Shown: positions 28,644-38,101 of the stretch, piece by piece
Position numbering within the stretch: position 1 is the stretch's first letter
How the letters are laid out: each line of letters opens with the position of its first letter
NCBI GenBank assembly: GCA_964641255.1
Contig: CAZXMM010000001.1
Span: 809,890-873,889 of the forward strand
Reading direction: 5' to 3'
Source of the DNA: an uncultured Gammaproteobacteria bacterium
GTDB lineage: Bacteria > Patescibacteriota > Microgenomatia > JAMCZE01
Length of the DNA: 64,000 nucleotides
Notes under the pieces: model-generated
The model's database searches: none
What the model was told of the DNA's origin: nothing
The model's input: the letters and a program-made list of their open reading frames with translations, nothing else
Position numbers and translations under genes: made by a program

Positions 28644-28701
28644 CTAAGAGCTAGATTATAGAAAAGCCCCTGCAGTACTTGCAATAGTAGGACTTTGGGG
28701 T

Positions 28702-29328
28702 ATGCTAGAGTCTATGAAATACAACCAAATTGCCCCATTACCCAGCCTAGAAAACGCCAAACTAGCCCTAGAGCGAAACGGAATCACCACTCTTATTGTG
28801 GAAAATGGAGTTGACGCCAAGAATACGGTGCTTAGTCTTATCCCCCAGGGATCGGAGGTTATGACGATGACTTCCGTTACTGCTGAAACCATTGGCCTAA
28901 CTAAGGAACTGGACGAATCAGGACACTACGATTCCGTCAGAGCAAAATTTAAGACTATGGATAGAGCCACCCAGGAGCGCGAAATGAATAAATTGGGATC
29001 TACTCCCCAGTATACCGTTGGCAGCGTTCACGCTGTCACTGAGGATGGACAAGTAGTGATCGCTAGTAACACCGGTAGTCAACTCCCAGCTTACGCTTAC
29101 GGCGCTGCTAAAGTTATCTGGGTGGTCGGAGGTCAGAAAGTAGTTAAAGATTTGGACAGTGCGATGAAACGAATCTACGACTACGTCCTACCTTTAGAAT
29201 CAGAGCGAGCCAATAAGGCCTATCAGATCACTAGTGGTAGTTTTGTCAGCAAACTGTTGATCATCAAACGGGAGTTAGTAAAAGATCGACTGACTGTAAT
29301 ACTTGTTAAAGAACCGATCGGCTTCTAG
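28702..29328 (+). CDS. LUD-domain (LutC/YkgG-like) protein
   Basis: 208 aa resembling the DUF162/LUD domain of lactate-utilisation protein C. Weak. Confidence 0.5.
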   Translation: MLESMKYNQIAPLPSLENAKLALERNGITTLIVENGVDAKNTVLSLIPQGSEVMTMTSVTAETIGLTKELDESGHYDSVRAKFKTMDRATQEREMNKLGSTPQYTVGSVHAVTEDGQVVIASNTGSQLPAYAYGAAKVIWVVGGQKVVKDLDSAMKRIYDYVLPLESERANKAYQITSGSFVSKLLIIKRELVKDRLTVILVKEPIGF

Positions 29329-29843
29329 TGGAAATAGTCACTATTTTTCTGTCTCTTATCATTGTTATTCCGCCTCTAGTAGTGACCAGCCTGATTGTCA
29401 TGACTAATTTAACCGGAGCGCCGTACAAAGCTACCACCCCGGATAAGATTAGTACCATTCTTAAATTGGCACAGATTACTAAAAAAGACCGGTGCGCGGA
29501 TATTGGCGCCGGTGACGGTCGCGTCGTAGCGGCTATGGCAACACTTGGACACGAGGCGCACGGTTTTGAGATTAATCCCCTACTGGTGTGGCTAGGCCGC
29601 AAGCGGATCAAACGGGCGGGCCTGGAAACTAAGGCCCAGCTGCACTGGAAAAACTTCTGGCAACAGGATTTTTCCCAGTTTTCCGTAGTCACAGTTTACG
29701 GCACCAACCATATCATGGGGTCGCTGGAAAAAAAACTCAAAAGGGAGCTGACCAAGGGTTCCAGAGTCGTTAGCAACGTTTTTGCCTTCCCAACTTGGGA
29801 GGAAACAAGGATCGTAGATAGGGTCAGACTCTATATTGTATGA
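29328..29843 (+). CDS. Membrane-anchored class I SAM-dependent methyltransferase (tandem paralog A)
   Basis: N-terminal TM and DIGAGDGRVV motif I. Paralogous to the next gene. Confidence 0.55.
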   Translation: MEIVTIFLSLIIVIPPLVVTSLIVMTNLTGAPYKATTPDKISTILKLAQITKKDRCADIGAGDGRVVAAMATLGHEAHGFEINPLLVWLGRKRIKRAGLETKAQLHWKNFWQQDFSQFSVVTVYGTNHIMGSLEKKLKRELTKGSRVVSNVFAFPTWEETRIVDRVRLYIV

Positions 29844-30346
29844 CTATGATTTTACTCCTACTAGTAATGGCCCTCCTTCTTGGCTTTATTGTTTTGTTAA
29901 TATTTTCCCTCGCCACCGGCGGGCCGTATTCGCCCAGCGCCAATTGGAAAATTGCAGAACTCCTTAAACTTATTAAAAGCAAAAGGATTAAAAAAGCGGC
30001 AGATCTCGGATCGGGAGACGGCAGGATTGTCATTGCCCTCGCCAAAGCCGGTATTGAGGCGCATGGTTATGAAATAAACCCCCTACTCGTTCTTGTTTCT
30101 AGACTACGAATTAAAAGGTTGGGACTTGAACAAAAGGCTTTTATTCACTGCCGCAACCTCTGGCAGGTAAACCTTAGAAGTTTTGACCTAGTCACTATCT
30201 ATCTTCTCCCCCACGTCATGCCCCCCCTTGGTAGCAAGCTAAAAAAAGAGTTGAGACCAAAATCCCTCATCATCACCCACCTGTTTAAACTCTCAGATAC
30301 CAAACCAATTAAAGAAAGGGATCAGCTGTACGTTTATGAAGTCTAG
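29840..30346 (+). CDS. Membrane-anchored class I SAM-dependent methyltransferase (tandem paralog B)
   Basis: N-terminal TM and DLGSGDGRIV motif I. Collinear similarity to 29328..29843 (e.g. HGFEINPLLVWLGRKRIKRAGLE versus HGYEINPLLVLVSRLRIKRLGLE). 4-nt overlap. Confidence 0.55.
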   Translation: MTMILLLLVMALLLGFIVLLIFSLATGGPYSPSANWKIAELLKLIKSKRIKKAADLGSGDGRIVIALAKAGIEAHGYEINPLLVLVSRLRIKRLGLEQKAFIHCRNLWQVNLRSFDLVTIYLLPHVMPPLGSKLKKELRPKSLIITHLFKLSDTKPIKERDQLYVYEV

Positions 30347-30364
30347 GAAGGATTTTGACCCTAT

Positions 30365-30832
30365 CTAGGGAAGCTCGATAACTTCTTTATTAATGATTGC
30401 CGTTCCTTCACTATTGAAAAGAAATGTTCCTTCGACCTTCTTTCCACTCAGAATAAGAGGTAGCCAAGATCTATCATCAACCCACATATGTTCAAAGGGA
30501 AGCTCCGTTTTCGAATACCACTTGGGGGCAAGTTCTTCACTTTCGGTCGGTTCCCCCTCCCAAGCTGAGATTATATACACAGTCACATCGTGGTTCCAAT
30601 CAGGATTATTTTCGAAATTAAAGATTAAATGAGCAGATTTAACTAAATCGGCCTGTTTTACCTCGATTCCCACTTCTTCCTTGATTTCTCTTACCGCGGC
30701 TTCCTCTAACGTCTCGTTCTCTCGTTTTTTTCCTCCCACCCCATTCCACTTACCTGTTCCAAAGCCGCGTTTTTTCATAGCAAGGAGCACTTTGTCTCCC
30801 TTTAGAAAAAAACAGTTGGTTGCGACTTTCAT
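30365..30832 (-). CDS. NUDIX hydrolase
   Basis: Nudix box GKWNGVGGKKRENETLEEAAVREIKEEVGIEV. Confidence 0.85.
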   Translation of the reverse strand: MKVATNCFFLKGDKVLLAMKKRGFGTGKWNGVGGKKRENETLEEAAVREIKEEVGIEVKQADLVKSAHLIFNFENNPDWNHDVTVYIISAWEGEPTESEELAPKWYSKTELPFEHMWVDDRSWLPLILSGKKVEGTFLFNSEGTAIINKEVIELP

Positions 30833-31893
30833 ACCCCCATTGTACCACTCCTACAACGGCGTGCTACAATTGGAGAGTGATTAAGAAGATCAGTAACTAT
30901 TTTGTAAACAATCAGGTCATCGGTGGGATTATTTTTGTAGGGCTAGCGTGGTTTATCTACGAACTTCGCTCAATTCTTATTTCCCTCTTTATTGCCTATT
31001 TGTTAGTGGCCACGTTTAAGCCTCTGACCCTCGCTCTGCGTAAAAGACGGGTGCCCAAAGTATTGGCAGTAGCCTTGCCGTTTTTACTGACTTTTGTGGT
31101 AGTAGGAATACTGGTAGCTACCCTGGCACCGTTTTTTCTTATCCAGATTCAAGCACTGGCCATCAATTTTCCAGTTTATTTAGACAGAGCCAGTAGCGTC
31201 CTTGGTGTTCCCCTTGCCTCAAGTGACTTTCAAGCCATCATCGCGGCAGAGGCTGACAGTATTGGTAAAAATATTTTAGTGACTACCAGCAAGGTATTTG
31301 GCAGTATTTTCAGTGTAGTGGCCACTTTAACCATCAGTTTTTATTTCCTTCTTGATCACGAACGAATTGAAAATTCTTTTGTTAGTATGTTCCCCGCTCA
31401 TTCACAAAACAAAATCAAAAACGTTCTTTCTTCAGTCGAGAGAAAACTCGGAGACTGGGTTCGGGGGGAAATGCTACTCTGTCTTTTTATTGGTATCTTA
31501 ACTTTTATTACCCTCTCGGCCCTAGGCATTGAGTACGCCCTGGTTCTAGCCATCATCGCCGGGATACTAGAAATAATCCCCACCATTGGCCCCATTATTT
31601 CGGCTGTCCCTGCCGTTATTGTGGCTTTGTCTATTAATCCTCCACTAGCTATCGCGGTCATTGTGGCCTATTTAATTATCCAGCAGGTGGAAAACAATTT
31701 TTTGGTACCGCGGATTATGGAGAGCGCGGTGGGACTGCCGGCCATGGTCGTTATTCTCTCAATCATTATTGGCGGTAGTCTCCTGGGGATCCCTGGGGCA
31801 CTTCTAGCAGTTCCTTTTGTCTCAATGCTAGTGGTGATCCTTAAATCTTACCTAAGTGGAGACGAGGAAGGGTCAACCCAGACTACTAAATAA
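30820..31893 (+). CDS. AI-2E family transporter (PerM/UPF0118); start uncertain (TTG 30820 or GTG 30877)
   Basis: 8 TM helices with the typical AI-2E C-terminal half. No in-frame ATG near the N-terminus. Confidence 0.75.
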   Translation: MRLSYPHCTTPTTACYNWRVIKKISNYFVNNQVIGGIIFVGLAWFIYELRSILISLFIAYLLVATFKPLTLALRKRRVPKVLAVALPFLLTFVVVGILVATLAPFFLIQIQALAINFPVYLDRASSVLGVPLASSDFQAIIAAEADSIGKNILVTTSKVFGSIFSVVATLTISFYFLLDHERIENSFVSMFPAHSQNKIKNVLSSVERKLGDWVRGEMLLCLFIGILTFITLSALGIEYALVLAIIAGILEIIPTIGPIISAVPAVIVALSINPPLAIAVIVAYLIIQQVENNFLVPRIMESAVGLPAMVVILSIIIGGSLLGIPGALLAVPFVSMLVVILKSYLSGDEEGSTQTTK

Positions 31894-32749
31894 GACCGGC
31901 TTGTTGTAATTTCTCAATATTTTCTTGATTGCGCCTTAACAACCGGATTTTTGATCCTCGGGAGGGAACGAGAAAATCTCTAGTGAATGGATGGGACTCC
32001 ACGGTGAGATAGTCAATCCGGCCTTCTATCACTTTAGCGAGTTGTTTATATTCCACTACCCCAATTTCAGGCGGCAATGAATCATCCAGCGCCTCTCCAA
32101 TTGGTAAATGTAACTCAAATTGGTAGCCCTCATGAGCCGCTAAAGTGAGTAGCCTATCCAGTTGGTCCAAAGTTTTGGGCCATAGACCGGTATAAGGACC
32201 GCCAGGGAGTAACATGTGCATATAGTGAAAGAGGTCAAACGTTAGCCCCACTGTCAAGCCTTTGGCTTGGTAATAACCAGCCAACCTAATCATTTCGCCA
32301 ATCGCATCTCCGGCATTGTGATTTTCAATGAAAAGGCAGCGAATATTTTTTCGATATTTAAGGATTAACTGCTCCACTCCCGGCCAGACCAGCTCAATAT
32401 TGTGAAGCAGAAGGTAGTCAACCCGGGAGGCCAGCTCTGACAGCATGGTTTTGGTAGTCACCATAAACTCGTTGTAAATGGGAACCATGACTCTTGACCG
32501 TAAGGTTTTATAGTGAAACTCTCTGCCCACCCGACCATGAATCCCTACTACCCTAAGTCCCCGTTTCTTAGCCTCGTTTAACACCATCCTAGGCCAAAAC
32601 GGTAACAGTGGGCTACCCCAGGGCAAATACTCAAATCCAATAAATTTGGGGTGATCTTTTAAAAAGCCCCACATGTACTCCCAGTCCTTGGGCGTAGAAA
32701 AAAGCCCAGCGCAATCAGTGGAAACGACTAATTGGTAGTTTTTTGCCAT
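31886..32749 (-). CDS. Hypothetical protein (possible TIM-barrel enzyme); last gene of the KsgA-like/ABC-F operon
   Basis: 287 aa, ATG at 32749. No confident motif. Only 1 nt from the ABC-F stop. Confidence 0.3.
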   Translation of the reverse strand: MAKNYQLVVSTDCAGLFSTPKDWEYMWGFLKDHPKFIGFEYLPWGSPLLPFWPRMVLNEAKKRGLRVVGIHGRVGREFHYKTLRSRVMVPIYNEFMVTTKTMLSELASRVDYLLLHNIELVWPGVEQLILKYRKNIRCLFIENHNAGDAIGEMIRLAGYYQAKGLTVGLTFDLFHYMHMLLPGGPYTGLWPKTLDQLDRLLTLAAHEGYQFELHLPIGEALDDSLPPEIGVVEYKQLAKVIEGRIDYLTVESHPFTRDFLVPSRGSKIRLLRRNQENIEKLQQAGLI

Positions 32750-32750
32750 A

Positions 32751-34037
32751 TCAACCCAGTCGAATCATTCTATCAATTTTTAGCTGTTCTAAGAAGTATT
32801 GGTCATGCGAAACCACTAGCAATGTTCCCTTATAGTTAGCCAGTGCCAGCTCCAAAGCCTCTCTAGCTTTAATGTCTAAATGGTTAGTCGGCTCGTCAAA
32901 AATAAGGAAGTTAGCTCTTTGGGCCATGATTTGGGCAAGCCTTAATCTTGACTGCTGGCCGCTACTAAGAAGGCTAACAGGAGTGTCCATATCTTCTTCA
33001 GAAAACAGGAAGATTCGCGCAATCTTGTATGCGTCTGTTTTAGTTACCTCAGTTGTGGCTTGTAGGTGGTCTAGTAAATTCTCACTGAGGTCCATCCCTC
33101 CTTCTACTTCTTGAGGGAGGTAGCCTATTTCCACATTGTTACCAATTTCTAGCTCTCCAGCCATTATTTTTTTAATTAACGTTGTCTTTCCTGATCCATT
33201 AGGGCCAACAAGGGCAACCCGCTCCCCCCTGTTAATATAAAGCTCCTTGCTAAAGACGACTGTCTGACTACTATCTCTCTTGGGCGCAAACAGTAGCGCC
33301 AGACTAAAGTCCACTGGTGGTTTTACTATTCCACTGTCCTCAATTTCTTTTTGCAAGCGCTTCACCATAGCGAGGGCTGATTTGGCTCCTTTAGCTGCTT
33401 TACGTCTGACGTAGTGGTCAGTACCAGAAGTGTTAATTTCTAAAATCTGGACCCCGCGCTTTACTTCAGTTACCCGCTTTTCAATTGCCTTTCGGTGTCT
33501 CTCTAACACGATATAGTCCCGCTTTTGGGCGTCATATTGTAATTTTTTTTGGGCTTTATAGTCAGAGTAGTTTCCCCCATAAACACTTAGCTTTCCCCTC
33601 TCAAGTTCAAAAATTTTAGTGGCACAACTATCTAAGAACGCCCGATCATGACTCGCCATTAGTATCCCGCCGGCAAACTTAGCCAGTTGCCGCTCAAGTC
33701 TTGAGAGCCTTTGGATATCTAAATGATTCGTGGGTTCGTCCAACAGAAGAAAGTCTGGCTGGGTAGCAAGAAGCTCTTGGAGCTGTTCCCAAGTTTGTTC
33801 GCCACTTGATAGACTGGCCCTATCGCGAATCTGAGGAAGGTAACCAATGGTTCCTGTGGTATCAATACTGCCTTCGTCTAGGGACTCGACACCGGCTACC
33901 ATCCTGAGTAAGGTTGACTTTCCCACTCCATTCTCACCCACCAAAGCCACTCTGTCCCCTGCCTTAAGAGTGAAGGAAACATTATCAAGGATAAGCTTGT
34001 CTTCAAATGACTTAGAAAGAGAATGGGCGATGATCAT
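32751..34037 (-). CDS. ABC-F type ATPase (two ABC cassettes, no TM domain)
   Basis: Walker A GENGVGKST and GPNGSGKTT, signatures LSSGE/LSSGQ, an ~80-aa inter-domain linker, 428 aa in total. ATG at 34037 overlaps the upstream stop (ATGA). Confidence 0.8.
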   Translation of the reverse strand: MIIAHSLSKSFEDKLILDNVSFTLKAGDRVALVGENGVGKSTLLRMVAGVESLDEGSIDTTGTIGYLPQIRDRASLSSGEQTWEQLQELLATQPDFLLLDEPTNHLDIQRLSRLERQLAKFAGGILMASHDRAFLDSCATKIFELERGKLSVYGGNYSDYKAQKKLQYDAQKRDYIVLERHRKAIEKRVTEVKRGVQILEINTSGTDHYVRRKAAKGAKSALAMVKRLQKEIEDSGIVKPPVDFSLALLFAPKRDSSQTVVFSKELYINRGERVALVGPNGSGKTTLIKKIMAGELEIGNNVEIGYLPQEVEGGMDLSENLLDHLQATTEVTKTDAYKIARIFLFSEEDMDTPVSLLSSGQQSRLRLAQIMAQRANFLIFDEPTNHLDIKAREALELALANYKGTLLVVSHDQYFLEQLKIDRMIRLG

Positions 34038-34836
34038 AGCAGCACCTTATATTTTGCCGGGTTAACTCCCTGCAGTAAATAATGAAACAACCCTAGCCAC
34101 TGGTCAAAAGTTAAATCAGTAGCGCCCACGTGGGTAGGAAAGTTATTGGCTCTGGCGAGTCTTTTCCACTGTTTATAGGTAAAAATCTGGGCTAAACCGC
34201 TTTTTAAGTCTTTGCCATGGGTGAAAGCATATTTTAAAAATTTTGTGTAAAGTAATTCCTCTTCTTTTGGTACCAGCGGAACTGGTCTTTTCGTACACTT
34301 TAAAAGGACACACTCGACAGCGGGCATGGGGGAAAAATCGCTTTTCTTAAAAGTATAGGCCACTGAAAAAATAAAGTAGGGTTTACGACTGGTTGACACT
34401 AGTGTCTCTTTGGGTATCCCCCCAAACTTCATGGCCGCCTCTTTTTGGACTATTAGGTAGCACTCTATTGGCGAAGCCGCATAATAGGTTAGTTTATGAA
34501 TCAGGTCAGCGGTAATATGAAACGGCACATTTGCAAATACTTTGTACGGACTACTCGGCATAGGAAACCGTAGGATATCTTCGTTGTGAATAGTCACATT
34601 TGTTGCCCGGCAAATTTCGTTTTCAACTGGTCCGTAAGTTCACTATCAATTTCAACTGCAATCACTTCTCCCGCGACCTTAGCTAGTTCCGCAGTTAGAG
34701 CGCCTGTTCCAGCCCCAATATCAATTACGGTGTCGCTTTGCTTAAACTTTGCTAGACTAACTAGGTGGGCTACCAACCGAGGGTCAGTTAAAAAGTTTTG
34801 AGATAATAAGCGCTGTTTAAATTTCATTTCCTTCAT
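34034..34836 (-). pseudogene. Frameshifted rRNA adenine N6-dimethyltransferase (KsgA/RsmA-Erm family), split into 80-aa and 187-aa ORFs
   Basis: The 80-aa ORF holds the N-terminal QNFLTDPRLV..IDIGAGTGALT..AVEID. The 187-aa ORF continues collinearly (NEDILRF..VFANVPFHITADLI..). The two frames join at a GTGA overlap at 34594-34597. Strong RBS AGGAGG lies before the ATG at 34836. Confidence 0.6.
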
Positions 34837-34855
34837 AATTACCTCCTGTTAGCCA

Positions 34856-34886
34856 TTAAAAAACCAGTCCCCACTGAGGACTGGTT
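34856..34886 (-). terminator. Rho-independent terminator (minus strand)
   Basis: 9-bp perfect stem AACCAGTCC/GGACTGGTT with a 7-nt loop, followed on the minus strand by TTTTTT. Lies between the small MTase gene and the AGGAGG RBS of the KsgA-like gene. Confidence 0.7.
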
Positions 34887-35109
34887 ACAAATCTGCTTTT
34901 AACTATATCTTCTTGGCGCCTTAAACAACCAGCCCGTGGGGCTGCATCCGTGGACTTTCGTCCAGTTATTTAAGGCTTGTTGTCATCGTATCCTTATTAT
35001 ATTAATTAGTTCCAGCAAGTGCAATTTTTGGCAAATTGCTTCAGGGAGCCGCTCTTAATCACAATGGCTTCGGGACTAAACACCGAGGCATACATCGTAA
35101 GGAGGGAAA

Positions 35110-35457
35110 TCACATCCAAAAGCGCTCGATAGCTGGACAGCCAGACATATCAATATAAATCTTTGAGAACTTTTGACCCAAACTCATTGCCTTACGAATA
35201 TTAAAAGCATCCAAAGTCACAAACGTAATCTCGGGATATTTTTGTTTCGCCACCGCAATGCATTCCTCGCTGATATCAGTTGCAACGACATTATGACACC
35301 TCTCCCAAATATATCGGGAGGTTGTCCCCCACTCACACCCAATTTCCAGTACAAAATCTTCCGGCCGTATCCAGAAGGGAATGGTGGCACGATATTCCTC
35401 TACCCCGCGGGTAGCAATGAATTTGGTCTTCAATTTAAACTGTTGCTCATTAGCCAT
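35110..35457 (-). CDS. Small class I SAM-methyltransferase-like protein, possibly truncated
   Basis: VLEIGCEWGTTSRYI..VVATDISEECIAVAKQKYPEITFVTLDA (motifs I-III). Only 115 aa from the ATG at 35457. 224 nt of non-coding DNA lies between its stop and the terminator. Confidence 0.4.
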   Translation of the reverse strand: MANEQQFKLKTKFIATRGVEEYRATIPFWIRPEDFVLEIGCEWGTTSRYIWERCHNVVATDISEECIAVAKQKYPEITFVTLDAFNIRKAMSLGQKFSKIYIDMSGCPAIERFWM

Positions 35458-35679
35458 AGTAAACACCCCCTCTTGGCAGAAAACAAAAAAAGCGCCGGAA
35501 GCCAACGCGAGCCTTATTAGGGGCTACGCATCAGCTTCAGGCGCTCTAACTAGACTACTCTAATTCCCAGAGCTTCCCTCAAATAAATGAGAGTGTCCTC
35601 CTGAACTACTATAGACAGTATAGTCCCAATTGCCTATTTCCGCAACATTCTCTGGCTTATCAACAAAGAAGGATACAGG

Positions 35680-36327
35680 CTATCTAGAGGCAGGTTCCTT
35701 GAGAGCCTTACCATGTTTGAGAGCAAAGTCCTCCACCCAATTGTCCAGTTCAAGGACTTGGTCGAGCTCATTCTTCAGATCTTCTCCCCAATGATAATGA
35801 ATTGTTTTTATTTTCAACTGCTTTGCTGCCTCAATGTTTCCTAGGGCATTATCAATAAACAAGACCTCCGAAGCTGGTAAGCTTAATTTTTGTAGCAATA
35901 GTTCATAAATGGGGGTGAAGGGTTTCATGAGACCGACCTCATTGGAAAAGATAGCCGGGGCAAACAAACTGATGAAGTCTCTAGTTTTTGCCACTTCCGT
36001 CCACCAAGCCATATTGTTACTCAAAAGGGCCAAAATATATTTTTCTTTAATGACGGGCAATAGTTGCAAAACTGACCTGTTTTCTCGATCTTTAATCGTC
36101 TTTCGGATTTGCTTGTCGAGCGCCTCGAACTCCCCTTGGCCAAAAGCACTATTAAAATGAGCAGTAAAATCCTCCTTGGTCAATTTTCCCGTCACGGCCA
36201 GTTGCTCCCACTGCACAAATTCCTTTTGTTCACCGATGGATAAGCTTTTTAGGTGTTCGTCAACATAGGGAGTGTAGATATCTTTAACAAGCACCCCGCC
36301 AAAATCGAAGACGACCGCAGAAATCAT
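35680..36327 (-). CDS. HAD superfamily hydrolase
   Basis: N-terminal DxG motif VVFDFGGVLV and a HAD-like core. Confidence 0.8.
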   Translation of the reverse strand: MISAVVFDFGGVLVKDIYTPYVDEHLKSLSIGEQKEFVQWEQLAVTGKLTKEDFTAHFNSAFGQGEFEALDKQIRKTIKDRENRSVLQLLPVIKEKYILALLSNNMAWWTEVAKTRDFISLFAPAIFSNEVGLMKPFTPIYELLLQKLSLPASEVLFIDNALGNIEAAKQLKIKTIHYHWGEDLKNELDQVLELDNWVEDFALKHGKALKEPASR

Positions 36328-36366
36328 ATCTTCATAATACCACCTTTATGCTACACTTGAGCTACC

Positions 36367-37242
36367 ATGACAATCCTTTCGACACCCGGCTGGGCTGACT
36401 ATCAACTACTCGATACCGGCGATGGACGTCGCCTGGAACGATTTGGCAAATTTACACTCTCTCGTCCCGACCCTCAAATTCTTTGGGGCCGACACTTACC
36501 CCAAACCGCCTGGGATCAAGCTACTGCTATTTTCACCCCCGACTCTGCTGAGCACGGCAATTGGAAAAAACGCTCCCCTGTTCCTGATAAATGGGAACTC
36601 TGCTATAAAAATTTGAGTTTTTTTGCCAAACTGGGGACATTTAAACACCTAGGAATTTTCCCGGAACAACAGCTGAATTGGGATTGGATAAGGGAAAAAA
36701 TTGAAATTGAAAAAATGAAAACGACTCAACCCATTAAAGTTCTTAATCTTTTTGGCTACACTGGCATTGCCACTTTAGCAGCTGCTGGGGCTGGAGCTCA
36801 AATCACCCATGTGGATGCCTCAAAATCCACCATCGCCTGGGCCAGAGAAAACCAGCAATTATCGCACTTAAGCGATAAGCCCATTCGCTGGATCTGTGAA
36901 GATGTAATGAAGTTTTGCACCCGGGAGCAAAGACGAGGAAGCAAGTACGACGCCATTATTATGGATCCCCCCATTTACGGTCACGGACCAGAGGGAGAAA
37001 CCTGGAAGTTTTCCAGTAGCTTTCCCAAACTGCTCGCAACGTGCAAAACACTGTTAACGCCGAACCCACTCTTTTTTCTAGTTAACGCCTACGCCATCTC
37101 CGCTTCCGCGGTCATGCTTAGTAATATGTTGACTGAATTATTTCCCCACTTAGGAGTGATCGAATCGGGAGAGTTGGCCCTCCAGGAAAAGAGCAGTCCG
37201 CGATTACTATCAACCGGTATTTTTGCCCGCTTTAGTCGCTAA
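36367..37242 (+). CDS. Class I SAM-dependent RNA methyltransferase (RlmI/YccW-like)
   Basis: VLNLFGYTGIATLAAAGAGAQITHVDASK and DAIIMDPP motifs. Confidence 0.65.
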   Translation: MTILSTPGWADYQLLDTGDGRRLERFGKFTLSRPDPQILWGRHLPQTAWDQATAIFTPDSAEHGNWKKRSPVPDKWELCYKNLSFFAKLGTFKHLGIFPEQQLNWDWIREKIEIEKMKTTQPIKVLNLFGYTGIATLAAAGAGAQITHVDASKSTIAWARENQQLSHLSDKPIRWICEDVMKFCTREQRRGSKYDAIIMDPPIYGHGPEGETWKFSSSFPKLLATCKTLLTPNPLFFLVNAYAISASAVMLSNMLTELFPHLGVIESGELALQEKSSPRLLSTGIFARFSR

Positions 37243-37252
37243 CGTTTGATCA

Positions 37253-38101
37253 ATGACCAAGCTAAATTTCATTTTTTTGTTACTACTGACAATTACCGTT
37301 GGTTTTCTTTTGATTGGAATAGTCAGTTGGCCCAAAGCACCGACCGTAAAACCACCTACCAAAAGCCAGGTCGTCTCGCCACCCCCAGAAACAATCGCGG
37401 CGACCATATCAGGAACGATCTTCGTCCCCATCCTCATGTATCACTATGTGGAAGTAGTGACTGACACGAGGGATACGATCCGACAATCATTAAATATTGA
37501 ACCTGTTGTGTTTGAGGCGCAGCTTCAGACCCTAAAAGGGGCCAACTATAATTTTCTCACAGCCAAAGAGTTGGGAGAGATCATTGATGGCAAGAGGCCG
37601 TTACCCCCCAAACCGATCGTGCTCACTTTTGACGATGGCCACTACGATTTGGCTACTGACGTACTACCTCTACTCCAAAAATACCAGGTGCCGGCTACCG
37701 CCTATATCATCTCGGGTAGAGTTGATAAAGACTCTGACTTCTTAACACTAGAGCAACTCCACAAAATAACGAGCAGTGGTCACTTCGAAATCGGAGCGCA
37801 CACGGTTAGTCACCGGGCACTGCGGGGCCAACCAGAAAAGATCCAGCGTGAAGAAATCTTAGCCAGCAAGGAAGCGTTGGAACAAGAACTGGGGATTAGT
37901 GTAGTATCTTTTGCCTATCCAGACGGTTCGTTTGACGATCAGGCAAAAAAAATTGTGGCCGAGAGCGGTTACACTACTGCCGTCTCCACCCTAAAAGGCG
38001 CCTCACAAAGCGCTAGTAACCGCTTTTCGCTCTACCGACTACGGCCAGGTCAACGAACTGGCCAAAAACTTCTTGATTTTCTTACTGGCTCACGATTCTA
38101 A
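37253..38101 (+). CDS. Polysaccharide deacetylase (NodB homology domain), membrane-anchored
   Basis: N-terminal TM. NodB motifs TFDDGHYD, H..SH and AYPDGSFD. Confidence 0.8.
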   Translation: MTKLNFIFLLLLTITVGFLLIGIVSWPKAPTVKPPTKSQVVSPPPETIAATISGTIFVPILMYHYVEVVTDTRDTIRQSLNIEPVVFEAQLQTLKGANYNFLTAKELGEIIDGKRPLPPKPIVLTFDDGHYDLATDVLPLLQKYQVPATAYIISGRVDKDSDFLTLEQLHKITSSGHFEIGAHTVSHRALRGQPEKIQREEILASKEALEQELGISVVSFAYPDGSFDDQAKKIVAESGYTTAVSTLKGASQSASNRFSLYRLRPGQRTGQKLLDFLTGSRF

